Below are positions 39,180-51,467 of a stretch of DNA of 64,000 bases, in pieces. Every line of letters starts with the position of its first letter. The stretch's first letter is position 1. Source of the DNA: Paraspadella gotoi (taxonomy: Eukaryota; Animalia; Chaetognatha); contig CM119270.1 in NCBI GenBank assembly GCA_051294375.1, positions 14,499,164 through 14,563,163 on the forward strand, read 5' to 3'. The translations under genes were made by a program, and so were the position numbers. The notes beneath the pieces were generated by a model, which ran no database searches, had not been told where the DNA came from, and was given only the letters and a program-made list of their open reading frames with translations.

Positions 39180-41224
39180 AAATTGGTTAACTTTTTTTTG
39201 GAGAGTGCTGACTGAAATGATATTTAGAGTATCGGTTTTTCTTGGTAATTTCTGTGAGATTATGTAAGAACTTTCAATGTTTTTTTTTTAAATTGTTATT
39301 TTTTTTTAAATAAATAAATATAAATATTTGTTACTTATGACAAAACAAACCATGTAACAGTCAACAAATAATCATAAATCATATAAATCAATCCAAAAAG
39401 TTTTTTTTAAATTTGTTTAGATTTTTTTTGGTTTTTCTCGCGAGTTTTGTATTTAGCCAATAAAAAGAATAAATATTTCACATTTTCAGTTCGTATTTTC
39501 AAATGCTTTGTCATTAAGTCATTTTAGTATTAAATAATAAATATAATTTGTCAGTGCACCCATTTATTTGGAACTGCGTCAATCAATAATTCACTAATTG
39601 TATCAGTAGTACGCTTAGTTGATATAAATAAAAAAACAATACAAACTGACATTGAGTTACTTCTATATCGTAGAAAATTTTATTTTCCCCTCGGGATATT
39701 ATTTTTAACTCTCTAGAGATTTCCAATCCTATAGACGAACTATATGAGCAACATTTCGTGATTCCATTGAATGCCAAAAAAAGCATCCTAAAATTCATTA
39801 GTAAAAATAAACTGGGTTACCCTGGAAACGATTAAAAAAGACACAAAACAATGAAACTGATTCGAAAAATCTTGCAACAAAGTGTAACAATAACCTGGAC
39901 CAAAAACATAAATCTTTTTCTCTTTCTCTTTCCTTTCCTCTCCTCCATTTTCGTCCCTCGGACCAAAAAAAAAAAAAAAAAAGAGAGAAAAAAAAAGGAA
40001 AGAAGAAAAGAAATGTTTGCATGAATTAATTTCTCGGCTTTTTATTTTCTTCCATCCGCATGAAATTAAATTTAATTCTCTCTCGTCTTCGTCCTCCTTT
40101 TCTTTCGCAGAGACGATTTCTTTTCTTTCTTCTTCTTTCGTCGTCGTCGTCGTCGTCGTCGTCGCCGCGGTTAAACTCATGTTTAAAGGAATACGCTCGG
40201 GTTGTAATTAATTCGCGGTGACGCCGTCGTCGTCATAGTCGTCGTCGTCGTCGTTGTCATCGTCTTTCAGTTTAAGCACAACCGAATTATTCATTGCCCA
40301 GGTTTACACAATTGTCCAACGTTTCACTCGTCGATTTAATTGAAAGGCCCTGTAATTTAACATAATAATAATGGGATTTAATTGAAAGACCCTGTAATTT
40401 AACATAGTAATAATGAGATTTGCCGGAATTATTTTCTTAAAACATGGAATTCTTTGGTTGTCTACGCAACTAATAATATTACCGAATCCTTTGATACTTT
40501 TCGGTTTTTACTCATAACCATTAAAACCGTGGCATTTCAATTGTTTCATTAAAGGTCCTACTGACAATACGCCGACAGATCGCCGATAAGGACTGACAGA
40601 CCAAATCTCCCTAAGTTCTGAAAAAAATGTTTTCCAGCAAACATTACCGTTTGCGAGAGACAGCGTTGCATTCCTCTTTGTGACAGAACGTTGCAAACCT
40701 CGGCGTATTTGTGTTTGGGGAGAAAGTTTTAATTGCTTTTTTTTTCTCTTTGGTGGCAGAAAAGACAAAGAAGTCGAGCAGTTTTAAAAATTGACTTACG
40801 AAATTCTTCGCCGCCGCAGCCGCCGCCGGCGCCGCCGCCGCCGCTTCTAACGACGGACTTATGCAAATAATAATTCGCCTCCGTTCCACTGAAACCGCGT
40901 CGCGCGTTCGGCGTCTCGCGTTCTGCACAGTGGTTTTCGCTCACGGCGTCGGAGTGACAATTGTGGGATAATTTTAGCGGCGCCCGGATTGACTTTATCT
41001 TTTGCTGAGTTGAATATCGTCCTTTTGCATTCTGCGTTGTAGTCTTCGCAATGGACAATGCAGAATCTGTATTGCACGTTCTACGACCGCCAACGCCATC
41101 TGGACGCGTTCACTATTTCACCTTCTCTCTTCGTGAATTTCCTTCACGCTTTTCGACTACGCTGAAGAAACTCGGCATCTCAAGCGAATTATGTCTCGCT
41201 TAAGAATTAAAAATCTGCATTTTT

Positions 41225-41342
<118 letters not shown>

Positions 41343-41523
41343 ACGGTGGCGATAATCGACCCATAATCCGTGAACCCGCGTTGGACTCAGCAAAAATTAT
41401 TCGGGTGAAAGATTTTCCAGATACAACTTGAGTCTTTGATTATATATCACAACGACGACTTTGACAAGCTAAAAATAGCATCGGGAAAGCGGAACAACAG
41501 CGAGTGATTCGGTCCGTGAGGAG

Positions 41524-42107
41524 TAGGGTGAAGTGAAAATTTGAAATCAAAATTTAGCAGTTATATCTTGAAAACTATCATATTAGTGAATACTAATCTT
41601 TAGTTTTGTTTTTTTTTATAAATATAGTCGCCCAGTCAGTTTATTTTGTATATAGTACTACCCTTATTTAATGTCAAAATTTCAAAATGTTTTTTTTTAA
41701 TTTTGAAAACAGATTCAAATTTCTCGTAAAAAGTTGATAAAAAAAATTATATCATTAAATAACTATAAAAAACTATATCTTTAAACTGGAAATTAAAAAT
41801 CGGCGTTTTAAATATAGTTTTTTACATTTTTGACAAACTTAATGAAAGAATTTTTAAAAAAGAATTATACTTTCTTATATCAACTTTTTGCAAGGAATCA
41901 AAATCCGATCTTAAAATTTAAAAAAATGCATTTTAAAATTTTAGCCTTTTATATACTTATTATTATATATAAATATAATTTACTGGTGCCCACTCATGTA
42001 AAAAATTAAAAAATAAATTTACCAAAGTATTTTTAATGGTTTTTATTTTCATGTTTTATATGCTAAATTTTATTTTTTTAAAATTTTTTCATTTTCACAT
42101 CACTCTA
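41524..42107. mobile_element. Fold-back MITE-like element (~584 bp, AT-rich)
   Basis: Termini TAGGGTGAAGTGAAAAT and ATTTTCACATCACTCTA are imperfect TIRs. Internal mirror blocks include AAAATTTAGCA/TGCTAAATTTT and AAAAAGTTGATA/TATCAACTTTTT. Confidence 0.65.
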
Positions 42108-43272
42108 GTGAAGGGAATCCGTTGTTTTTAGTGAGTGGATGCTTGAATTCGTTAATTGTATATAATTTGAAAAACGGGATTTATTGTTTGAAAAAAAATG
42201 TGGTGGTGGTAAATTAACTACTTACAATGAACTGTGTCCGGCTGTTATTATCTCTCTGTCTCTCTCTCTCTCTCCCATTCACTCTTCTGATTGATTATTG
42301 ATCTTTTTCGTGAGACTCTGTTTTAAGTGCTACTTACAGTGAAGCCTTCTTTATCCGAGTAGCCGGACGAGTTCAGTCTTCTTCGCTTCCGAGATTTATG
42401 CCTCAAAGTTGAGCGGCATTTTTTTTCTTTGCGTTGGTAGAAAAAAATTTTTTTTTTCTTTTTTTTCATCTTCTTCTTGAAAGGATGAAAGATTGAAGAT
42501 TGCGAGGTTTAGATTTATGCCAGAATAAAAAAATTGAGAATATTTAAAAATATATATATATATTTACTTAAGATTAAAAATTTAACATATGGAGAGCCTG
42601 TTCAGCGAAAGTATGTATGAACGTTTATCGACAGGTAATTTTCGAAATTAATTTATATTAAGGATGTCAATAAGGAAAATTTAAGTTCTCTAACCTCGTG
42701 GGTAAGGGTAGGAGAAGTAAAAAAGAATATCGGGGGTAAGGAGTAAAAAGTGAATCTCTCTTCCTCTCTCGGTTCCCATGGAAACCGCGGAGACGACGAC
42801 GACGAACATCTGATGCGCTTTATTTGTCACCATTACCTTGCCTCCCGCTCCGGGGCAATAAACATCAATTTAAAGAGGCTATGAGGCCGCAGCCGACGCC
42901 GCAGCCGACGCCGCAGCCCAACCGCCACGGCCGCCGCCGCCGCCGTCGCCACTGACGACGACGACGCCGACGACGACGAAAACAAATATGTCAGGGGGGA
43001 TTCCTTGACTACTCTTCAGCCTTAGATGCGAAGCGATTTATAAAAACGAGAAAATTATTTTAAGCAATTGTTTTTTTCCCCCTGAACGGTTATTTTCCCC
43101 GGAGAGTGAGGAGAGAGAGAGGGTAAGGTGGTTGACCGAGTGCGATGGAAAGGGGTAGGGGGAAAGTGAGAGAGAGGTTCGGGAGGAGGGAGTCGGGGGG
43201 GTGGGGCGAAGAGGTCCGGGCAGCGAAAGTGAAGAGTCCAAGGGTTCACGTTATTCATGAAGAAAAAAGGGG

Positions 43273-43284
43273 GATGATGATGAT

Positions 43285-43317
<33 letters not shown>

Positions 43318-43371
43318 GATGATGATGATGATGATAATGATGATGATGATATGATGATTGATGATGATGAT
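43273..43371. repeat. (GAT)n microsatellite
   Basis: Read directly from the sequence. Confidence 0.95.
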
Positions 43372-43914
43372 AGTTGTTGGATCGAATGGAGAAAGTTTGG
43401 AATTTCAGGTGAGGAGATGGATTAGAGATGGGGATGGGAGTTTACAGATGGAGAAAAAGAGAGAAAAACGAGATTGAATATATAATATATATATAGAATA
43501 AAGACAAAAGGAGAATTACAGATGCAATCAGAGAATTCGAAGACAAATATTAAAATATATCGACATAAAAAATAAAGAGATTAAGCTATTAAATAACCGG
43601 GAAAGAGATGGTAAGGGGGAAAAAAAAGAAAGTTTCTCTTCGAATGAGAATCGTTATCGTCTCCAATGGCGACGCGGAAGTGGAGGCAAACAATGACTCG
43701 CCACTTTGAATAAACACGCGATGACGGGCGAATCGCTAAATGCGAGTTTGTCATTAAACTTATCCATTAATTAAAAATAGTAGGTAAATCCCGTTATTAT
43801 CTCGTTTAAAAAAAAATTAAATTCCCGATTAAAAACAAACCGTTGAATCTTCGACTTAAAGTTGTCGAAGAACAATAACAATTGAAACATTCTTTGAAAT
43901 ATTTTTCACTTCCT

Positions 43915-44148
43915 TGATAGGGAAGCCAGGTACTCTGAGAGTGAATAAACGAGACTGTGAGAGAGTCTTGATTGAAAGCTTCCAGGGACCTGCTATGTCA
44001 TTATCTTGTAAGAGTGATGGAGGCCTTAAACCACCAAAGCCTGTCCAAAGTCAGGGGAAAGATAGCTTATTTATTAAATGAATGGATAATTTTTATATTG
44101 GTTGTACCAATTTCATAATAACATTTATATTGGTTGTACCAATTTCAT
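43915..44148 (+). repeat. Dispersed ~210-bp repeat family copy with a duplicated 3' terminal unit
   Basis: Same sequence as 15140-15342. TATATTGGTTGTACCAATTTCATAA occurs twice at the end. Confidence 0.85.
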
Positions 44149-45475
44149 AAAACGTGAACGATATCACCGAAAGTTTTCTTCGGCAGTTTTCGTGCAACGT
44201 CGTCATTGGGCTGTCAATGACAGCGTGTCGGAAATGGCTGCGGCGGCCGCAGCAGCGGCCAGCGGAGCGCAGCGGCAGCGGCAGCGGCAGCGGCGTCCAG
44301 CTTTCACCTCCTTGTCATCTTCCTTCGCTGGAGACGAAGATGAATGACCTTCGCTTTTGCCGCGCAACGTCGACCTCACCTCTATTCCTCGCTCCCTTTC
44401 CCTTTCACGGGAATCATCCTCGATCTGTCTCACCCATCATTTCATTCACCAGATCTCACGTTTATTCTATCGCAATTCCTGGTTCCAATCTTCAGTTTTG
44501 CTTCATACCTCGCGGTTTTGTCTTTCATAATTCACAGTAAATATATTCTATTTTAATTAAGCATAACTGATTTAAAAACTTTCCTGTACAGAACGTCAGT
44601 CGACGCTGGCGATAAAATTAAAAAAGAAATAAAGAGAAATCTCGAATTAACCTGACCTGACGAAAATATTACAAACAAGTAGAATAATTGAAAAATCGTG
44701 CTAAAAACGGATATATAGACATTAAATATTCAATATTAGATATCATTATTTTTTACAAAATTACAACGAAGATATCTATCTATATCTAGATTTTTATCTC
44801 TAGGTCTTCGAAATCAAATTGTCAGAAAAAAAAAATTTTTAATACATTGCTGCGAAACAAAAAAAACCCCAAACAAAAGGTACCTGAGACTTCTCAACAA
44901 CAACGACGCCCTGCGACGGTAACGAACATCTCCTTTCCCTTTCGCTCTCTTTCCCTGATTAGAGAAGGAAAGAAGAAACGGAATGAAGTTCGTCCCTTTT
45001 TGGGCGAGAAATGACTCCCCGATCTCCCCTAACGACTCCATCTCACCCTCATTACTCTCTCTTCGAATCCCCTTTAGATTCCCAGTTTTCCTTGCTTAAA
45101 TGTATATATTTCGTTAACATTAGCTACCTTTCGGGTAACTTTTAGCCAATTGTCAGGAGTCAACCACCTTTTTAGTTGCGCCGCGAGTACTCGCGGAGCA
45201 ACTCTATAAGTCACCTTTCGGTCGGTCGGTCGGTATGTCTGTCCGTCGGTCTGTCATGTCAATCATCCCATTCTGACTCAATTTCATGCCAACTTTTATT
45301 AGAATCCAACACTTTTTCTTTGCCAACCATTTTCCCTTGCAAACTTCTTGCATTCCATGTCAAACCTAATCTTTTACCATCCCCTTTCCATGCCACTTTA
45401 GTCTGCCGCCTCTTGCCTCTTTTCTCGTCGGACGACAATGACTCTTGCGCCACTGGACAATGAGGATTCTCTTTT

Positions 45476-45527
<52 letters not shown>

Positions 45528-46520
45528 TATGACTTTCTTTTCTTTTATTCTTTATTTATGTCTTGTATTTATTTCATATTTTCTCCTCCTTTCCATCTAT
45601 GAATCAACAAAACTTTTTCACCTTTATACTTTCATTTAATACTTATTCTTTTCTCTTTTCTCTCTTCCCCTCTATTTTCCATCCCTCTTCTTCCTTCACG
45701 CATTTCCTTTCTCCACTTCCTCGGTTCTTCTTTTCCTTCCTCTTTCCTCCCTTTCCTCTCCCCTCGTTTTTGTCGCGGTTTTCTTCATTCTTGATGACCA
45801 CCGCAACTAATGATACATAACTGAAAACCTCTTCTCTTTCTCCGACCCATGGTCGTTTTCATGGTCGTCATCGTTGACGTCGTCGTCGTCGTCGTCATTG
45901 TCGTCGTAAAGTGCATCGTTGTCATCGTCGCTGAGGATGACGTCTTTGTCGCCGTCGTCGTCGTCATCTTTGTCGTTTTCTTTGTCACTCTCAACGTCGT
46001 CTCCTTTGTTGGCGTCATTTTTGTCATCGACGTCCTCTGTTTCGGCTTTTCTCGGAAATCGTTCTGTTCGCTAGAGGCCGCTTCGTACCTCCCGTCCGTA
46101 ACCCTTCTCTCCGCTCCCTGACCTCCCAGTCTTGGCGCTCTCCCCAACCCCCTTTCTCTCTCTCACCCTTTCCGAACTGACCTCCTTCAAACCTCGCACT
46201 CCCCTTAAACCCTCTATCAAGGTCTCGGCGGCGTTAATCATTTCTCCGCATTTATCATTAACAAAGTGATGACACATAGAGGCAGCCCTCTCACTCTCCT
46301 CTCTTTCTTTTTTATCACAACATCATCTATCAGCGCCTTCGTCGTCGCCTTTTGTCATCGCGTATTCAACCTCGATGTTTCCAACTTCTCAATTTTATCC
46401 TTCAAACTTTCGATTTTAAATATTTTTTTTTCCTTCGAGCAAAAAAAGAAAAAGTTTTTCCGTCAACCAATAAAAAAACAATCTAACCTTTTGAACTCGG
46501 AGCCCAAACACGACGGAGAG

Positions 46521-46557
<37 letters not shown>

Positions 46558-47835
46558 TGACAATTTAAGAAAATCCATTTCCCTTAGAAAAAAAAAAATT
46601 TGGAGGTGGATCGACCACGTGTCACAAAGCGGTAACGGGGGCTATCATCGTCATCGTCGTCATCGGTGTTGTTGTTGTTGTTGCTAAGACGTAATGGGTT
46701 CATAAGAGACTGTGATCATTTTGTGCCACCTTCGCTTTGTCGTTAATTACAGGAGAAATTTGACAAAGCCTTCCTCTGTCATTTGTAGTTTTCAAGTCGG
46801 AGTTGGCGTTTTTTCGTCGTCGTCGTCGTTGTCGTCGTCGTACTTTTTGTCGTCGTCCTCGTCTCAGTCAAATCTAATGCCACCTCGTTTTCTTTTGATG
46901 GTAAACCGTCGTATTTCTCAAATAAATTCCTCGCCAAGGAAGGCGGTGGTTTTAGGGCGACACAGGGTGGTTGGGGGTGCAAGGGTAGGAGTTAAGGGGT
47001 GTAGGGACGGGTGGAAGAGGGATGGAAACTTTGGATGAAAATTCGCGAAGGTGGAAAAAAAAAATATTACGGGGAGGAAATCTTTTTGTGACCGGTTTGT
47101 TTTGAATCTGAGGCTTGGCAAAATTTCATCAGAAATGAAGATAAAGAAAGGAGAAAATCTTAATCCTGCAGTTAACGAAGAAAATGTAGTGAAAGCGATC
47201 GTGGATCGAGCTTCGCTTTATTTTCGTTGTGCAGATAACGTTTCATTAACATCGATATAAAAAATGTAGTAGGGTCGCTGCATTTCTCACTCGAAAGGGC
47301 AGCACTGATCTCCAACGGCGGAAACCTATGTATAAAAAAGAATAAATAAAACATTTTCCTTCGCGAGATTAGGAAATTATACAATATAAAACTACAGAAA
47401 GAAGAAAAAAAAATAGAAAAGAAAAAATTTCAATAGTACATCGTAAATAAAAAGAAATGATCAGCGATACCTGGGAAATTTTGGAATTCCCGAATTGAGA
47501 AATTCTAAACACTCTACTCGCAATCATCAGAACGTTGGGGACGAGAGATACAAGGACAACCTCGCCAAAAATCTCTCGTCGACGTAATGATCGAGTTCCT
47601 TCCACTTTAAGGGGNNNNNNNNNNNNNNNNNNNNNNNNNATTGGGGCTGCTAAGGGGGGGGGGGCGGTCGATGGAGAAACATCTCTCGTCGTGCCCAGAT
47701 TTTAATGTCGCCTTCCCCCTTTCGACCCGCCCCCTTGGCTTTATGAAATCAACAATACACGACGGTGGATGGAGAGAGAGAGAAATGAGAGGAGAGGAAG
47801 AGAGAGAGAGAAGAAGAGAGATGAGACGAGAGAAG

Positions 47836-48210
47836 AGAGAGACGAGGGCATTAACGTTCCATTCGTTTCCCTCCTCCATACCACGCGCTTCATAAAATTC
47901 AACAAAAGCGGATGATTCGTTTTCTCTTCTCACATCATCAGATCTTAATCCCCACCAGATTTTTTCTTATTTTTCTGCAAATAAATGCAAAAATCTTCGG
48001 CAGTGTTAGTTTTTTCATATTGCAGTTTAAAAGAGAGAGAGAGAGAGAGAGACATTACGTTCCATTCGTTTCCCTCCTCCCATACCACGGCTTCATAAAA
48101 TCAACAAAAGCGGATATATGACGTTTCTCCTCACTCAGTCTTTATCACCAGATTTTTTTTTTTTCGCAAATCGCAAAAAATCTTCGCAGGTTAGTTTTTT
48201 CATCGTTTAA
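47836..48210 (+). repeat. ~200-bp tandem duplication after a 25-N gap; first copy insertion-rich (likely gap-fill artefact)
   Basis: CGTTCCATTCGTTTCCCTCCTCC...TCAACAAAAGCGGAT occurs at ~47855 and ~48058. Confidence 0.8.
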
Positions 48211-48552
48211 TGGATTCGGGGCGAAAAATAGAAACAATTTAAAAAAAAGAAAAATTTAAAAATGGGCGAAATTATTGGGCGGAAAAAAAATTTAAAGAGA
48301 GGACGCGCGAGGTGGAAAAAGGAAGAGAGGAAAAGGAAAAGGGAAAACAGACTGTGAAAAGTAAAAAAAGAAAAAGGGGGGGGGAAAAGAAGAGAGAAAA
48401 CTTAAGAAGATGGAAGTAAAAAGAACAGAGAAACTGAGAGGGACGTAATAGAGTTTGAGTGAGAAAGAGACAAAGACAAAAGACTGATACGTCGGAAACT
48501 TCTTCACTGTTCATTTTTCTAGTGAATGATGCGTCAGAGGTTGAATTCTAAT

Positions 48553-48590
<38 letters not shown>

Positions 48591-49402
48591 NNNNNNNNNN
48601 NNNNNNNNNNNNNNNNNNNNNNNNNNNNNNNNNNNNNNNNNNNNNNNNNNNNNNNNNNNNNNNNNNNNNNNNNNNNNNNNNNNNNNNNNNNNNNNNNNNN
48701 NNNNNNNNNNNNNCTCTCTCTCACAAACACCTCACGGTTTTCCTTTGATTTTCTCCTCCTTTCCTTCTTTTCCGAGAAATCGGGTAAACCTCGTTTGTCA
48801 TTAAGGAAAATTCCCTTTTGTTTGGCATTTTTTGTTTACAAATCCAAAAAAAAAAATAACCAAGGACGATCACGAAGATAACGACGACGACGATGACGAC
48901 AACCATTAATTATAATGTTTTCAGTTTTCATTAGTTAGTTGATCCTTGGGATGTAAAGACTTTTTTTTACCTTCCGGAACTTGTGGCTTAATGGCCCGGA
49001 ATGGTCGTTTTAAACAATTTTAAACTTGACCTAGAGAAATAAAAATTTCGCCAAACACTTCCGTTTTCTACCTATGAAAATAGTTCGAACGTTTTTACCT
49101 TGTTCACCTATATTTATGGGTTGCTTTCAATTCCTCCGTATCACAAAGAATTCTCTCTCTCTCTCTCTCTNNNNNNNNNNNNNNNNNNNNNNNNNNNNNN
49201 NNNNNNNNNNNNNNNNNNNNNNNNNNNNNNNNNNNNNNNNNNNNNNNNNNNNNNNNNNNNNNNNNNNNNNNNNNNNNNNNNNNNNNNNNNNNNNNNNNNN
49301 NNNNNNNNNNNNNNNNNNNNNNNNNNNNNNNNNNNNNNNNNNNNNNNNNNNNNNNNNNNNNNNNNNNNNNNNNNNNNNNNNNNNNNNNNNNNNNNNNNNN
49401 NN

Positions 49403-49436
<34 letters not shown>

Positions 49437-50301
49437 GAGATGATAATGAAAGGTTGAAGAAAAACATGGAGAGAATACAGTTGGTGGTTCGATGTTTGTT
49501 TTTACAGATGAAAAGGAAACCCATCATTTTTTCCACCGATTTGACTGATAGAAGAAGAATCTTCTATTTTTCTCTTTTCATTTATTCTAGTTCAAACTTG
49601 ATTCCACCATTTTTCTTTTCCATTTTTTTTTGGTGGTTTTGTTAATTTCTGTTTCAAATTTTAACTTTCAGCTTAGTTTAAAAAAACATATTTTTTTTGC
49701 CTTTTTTATTTCTTTCCTTAAATTGACTATTTCTGTTACCTTTAAATCAATTCACCAACTCAATTCATAAAAGCCCTCTTTATTAAATTGGTGTCCATCA
49801 AATTAACCCACTCCAAACTCCATCCATCCATACGTTACTCGATTCCCCACCTCTCAAAAATCCACCCCTGCTCATCTTCTTCTCCCCCCCCTCTCACCTC
49901 TTCCTAATTTCCCACTTCCGCTTTATTTTCGTCTTGGCAACGAAGCGACGGATTCACAGACTCACCATCGCAGCCGAACTCACTCGAGAAAAAATTCGCC
50001 AATTCGTTTGTAGTGAAGTGATCCTTGTTATCACCTGTCCTTCCTGGCACAATGCTCACAATGCGGGAGAGAGAAAAGGAGACGAGAGAGAGAGAGGATA
50101 GAGAAGAGAGAGGAGATGAAGAGAGGTATGCCGGTGACTTGATTACATCTTTTTTTTAACCCAGAGTAAGTTTGCGGGGAAAAATGAGAAACAGATGCTA
50201 ATGCGAAAATGTGCGTCGAACTGAGGAAAAGAGATGCGATTACAGAGCGAGGTTATGGAGTGAAAGGAATAGTGACAGTGTGAGTGGTGCAGAGAGGAGA
50301 G

Positions 50302-50355
<54 letters not shown>

Positions 50356-51431
50356 TGGAGTGACTAGTAAAATGGCGCCATTTGACTTGCGTGCACTTTC
50401 AGAAGCGTTCCTTTTTTCGACGCTTTTCCTGTAACTGTGTGTCATCACATTCTCGGCCCTGAGGCGGCCCTCGCCTTTTCCGACCGATGCTTCCCGTCTA
50501 CATCCGGCCCGATACATGCCTTTATAGATTGATCGCCCGATACTGACTACTTCATTATCCGGTGTTCGCCCCTTCTAATCTCCCCAACTCCGAATTTCCA
50601 AGCTTCGCTCTGTAGCCATTCGAGCGTCAAGACTGCCCGCCTAACAGAGTCGGCGCAAAAACGGTCGTAAACTGGTCGTCGTCGTCGTCGTCGTCGTGGG
50701 GCGCGAAGTTTCTTACCTTTTGTTGATGTGATGACGAGGCGCGTTCCCATGTTGAGGCGTGAAAAGAAAAGGGTGTTGGTTTGCCGGACGAGTTTCAATG
50801 AAACCAGGGGTGGACAAGACTAATGGGGAAGTGGGCGTTTGTGAACTGTCTTACTTGATACTATTCTTTCGCATTCGTTGGTTTTGTTATATTATGTTGG
50901 ATCTGAAAAGGTGAGGAATTGATTTTTATTATGTTATTAATGTTAAAAGGTTGAAGGTTCTTAAATGTTACCTTTATTTATAATTTGTCGCTTTATCTTA
51001 CATTCCACACGTCACACCTCTTAACAGCGTCGCCTTCCTAGTTTTCACCCTCCTCTCCTCCTCTTTCTTCTTCACTTCCTCCCTTTCGCCCTCCCTCTTC
51101 CTCCTATTCTTCTTCCTCCTCCTCCTCCTCCTCTTTGGCCCGGGTCCCTGTTTATATCCCAGTATCGCGCCTTTCTCTCTCTCTCTCTCTCTCTCTCTCG
51201 TTTTGTTGTGTTGCGCCGTCGTCGTCGTCGTCGTCGTTTGTTGCGTTGCATCATTGGCCGGAAGTCGCCGGCCCACGCGCGAAACGCCGGCGACGCAAAA
51301 CTTCTGCCTTCGTCTCCTTCTTCCCCTTCTTATTTTTATATGTTGCTTCTTCTTCTGCCTTCTTCTTCTAGGAGCGAAAAAAAAAAGATAAACAAGGCGC
51401 CGGCGGAGAGGATGGAAAGTTTTTTTGGGAA

Positions 51432-51467
<36 letters not shown>

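Noticed and set aside
40333-40420. 42-bp tandem duplication (also a 22-bp duplication at ~37012-37056)
   Set aside because: Ordinary local slippage duplications with no further structure.
40508-41090. Cluster of short ORFs with possible 30-45-nt introns (-)
   Set aside because: Several frames are equally open and no family signal was seen; cannot choose a model without transcripts.
45810-46070. Asp-rich open frame on the - strand
   Set aside because: A degenerate (GAC)n tract without a start codon or higher-order unit; such tracts are common in this window.
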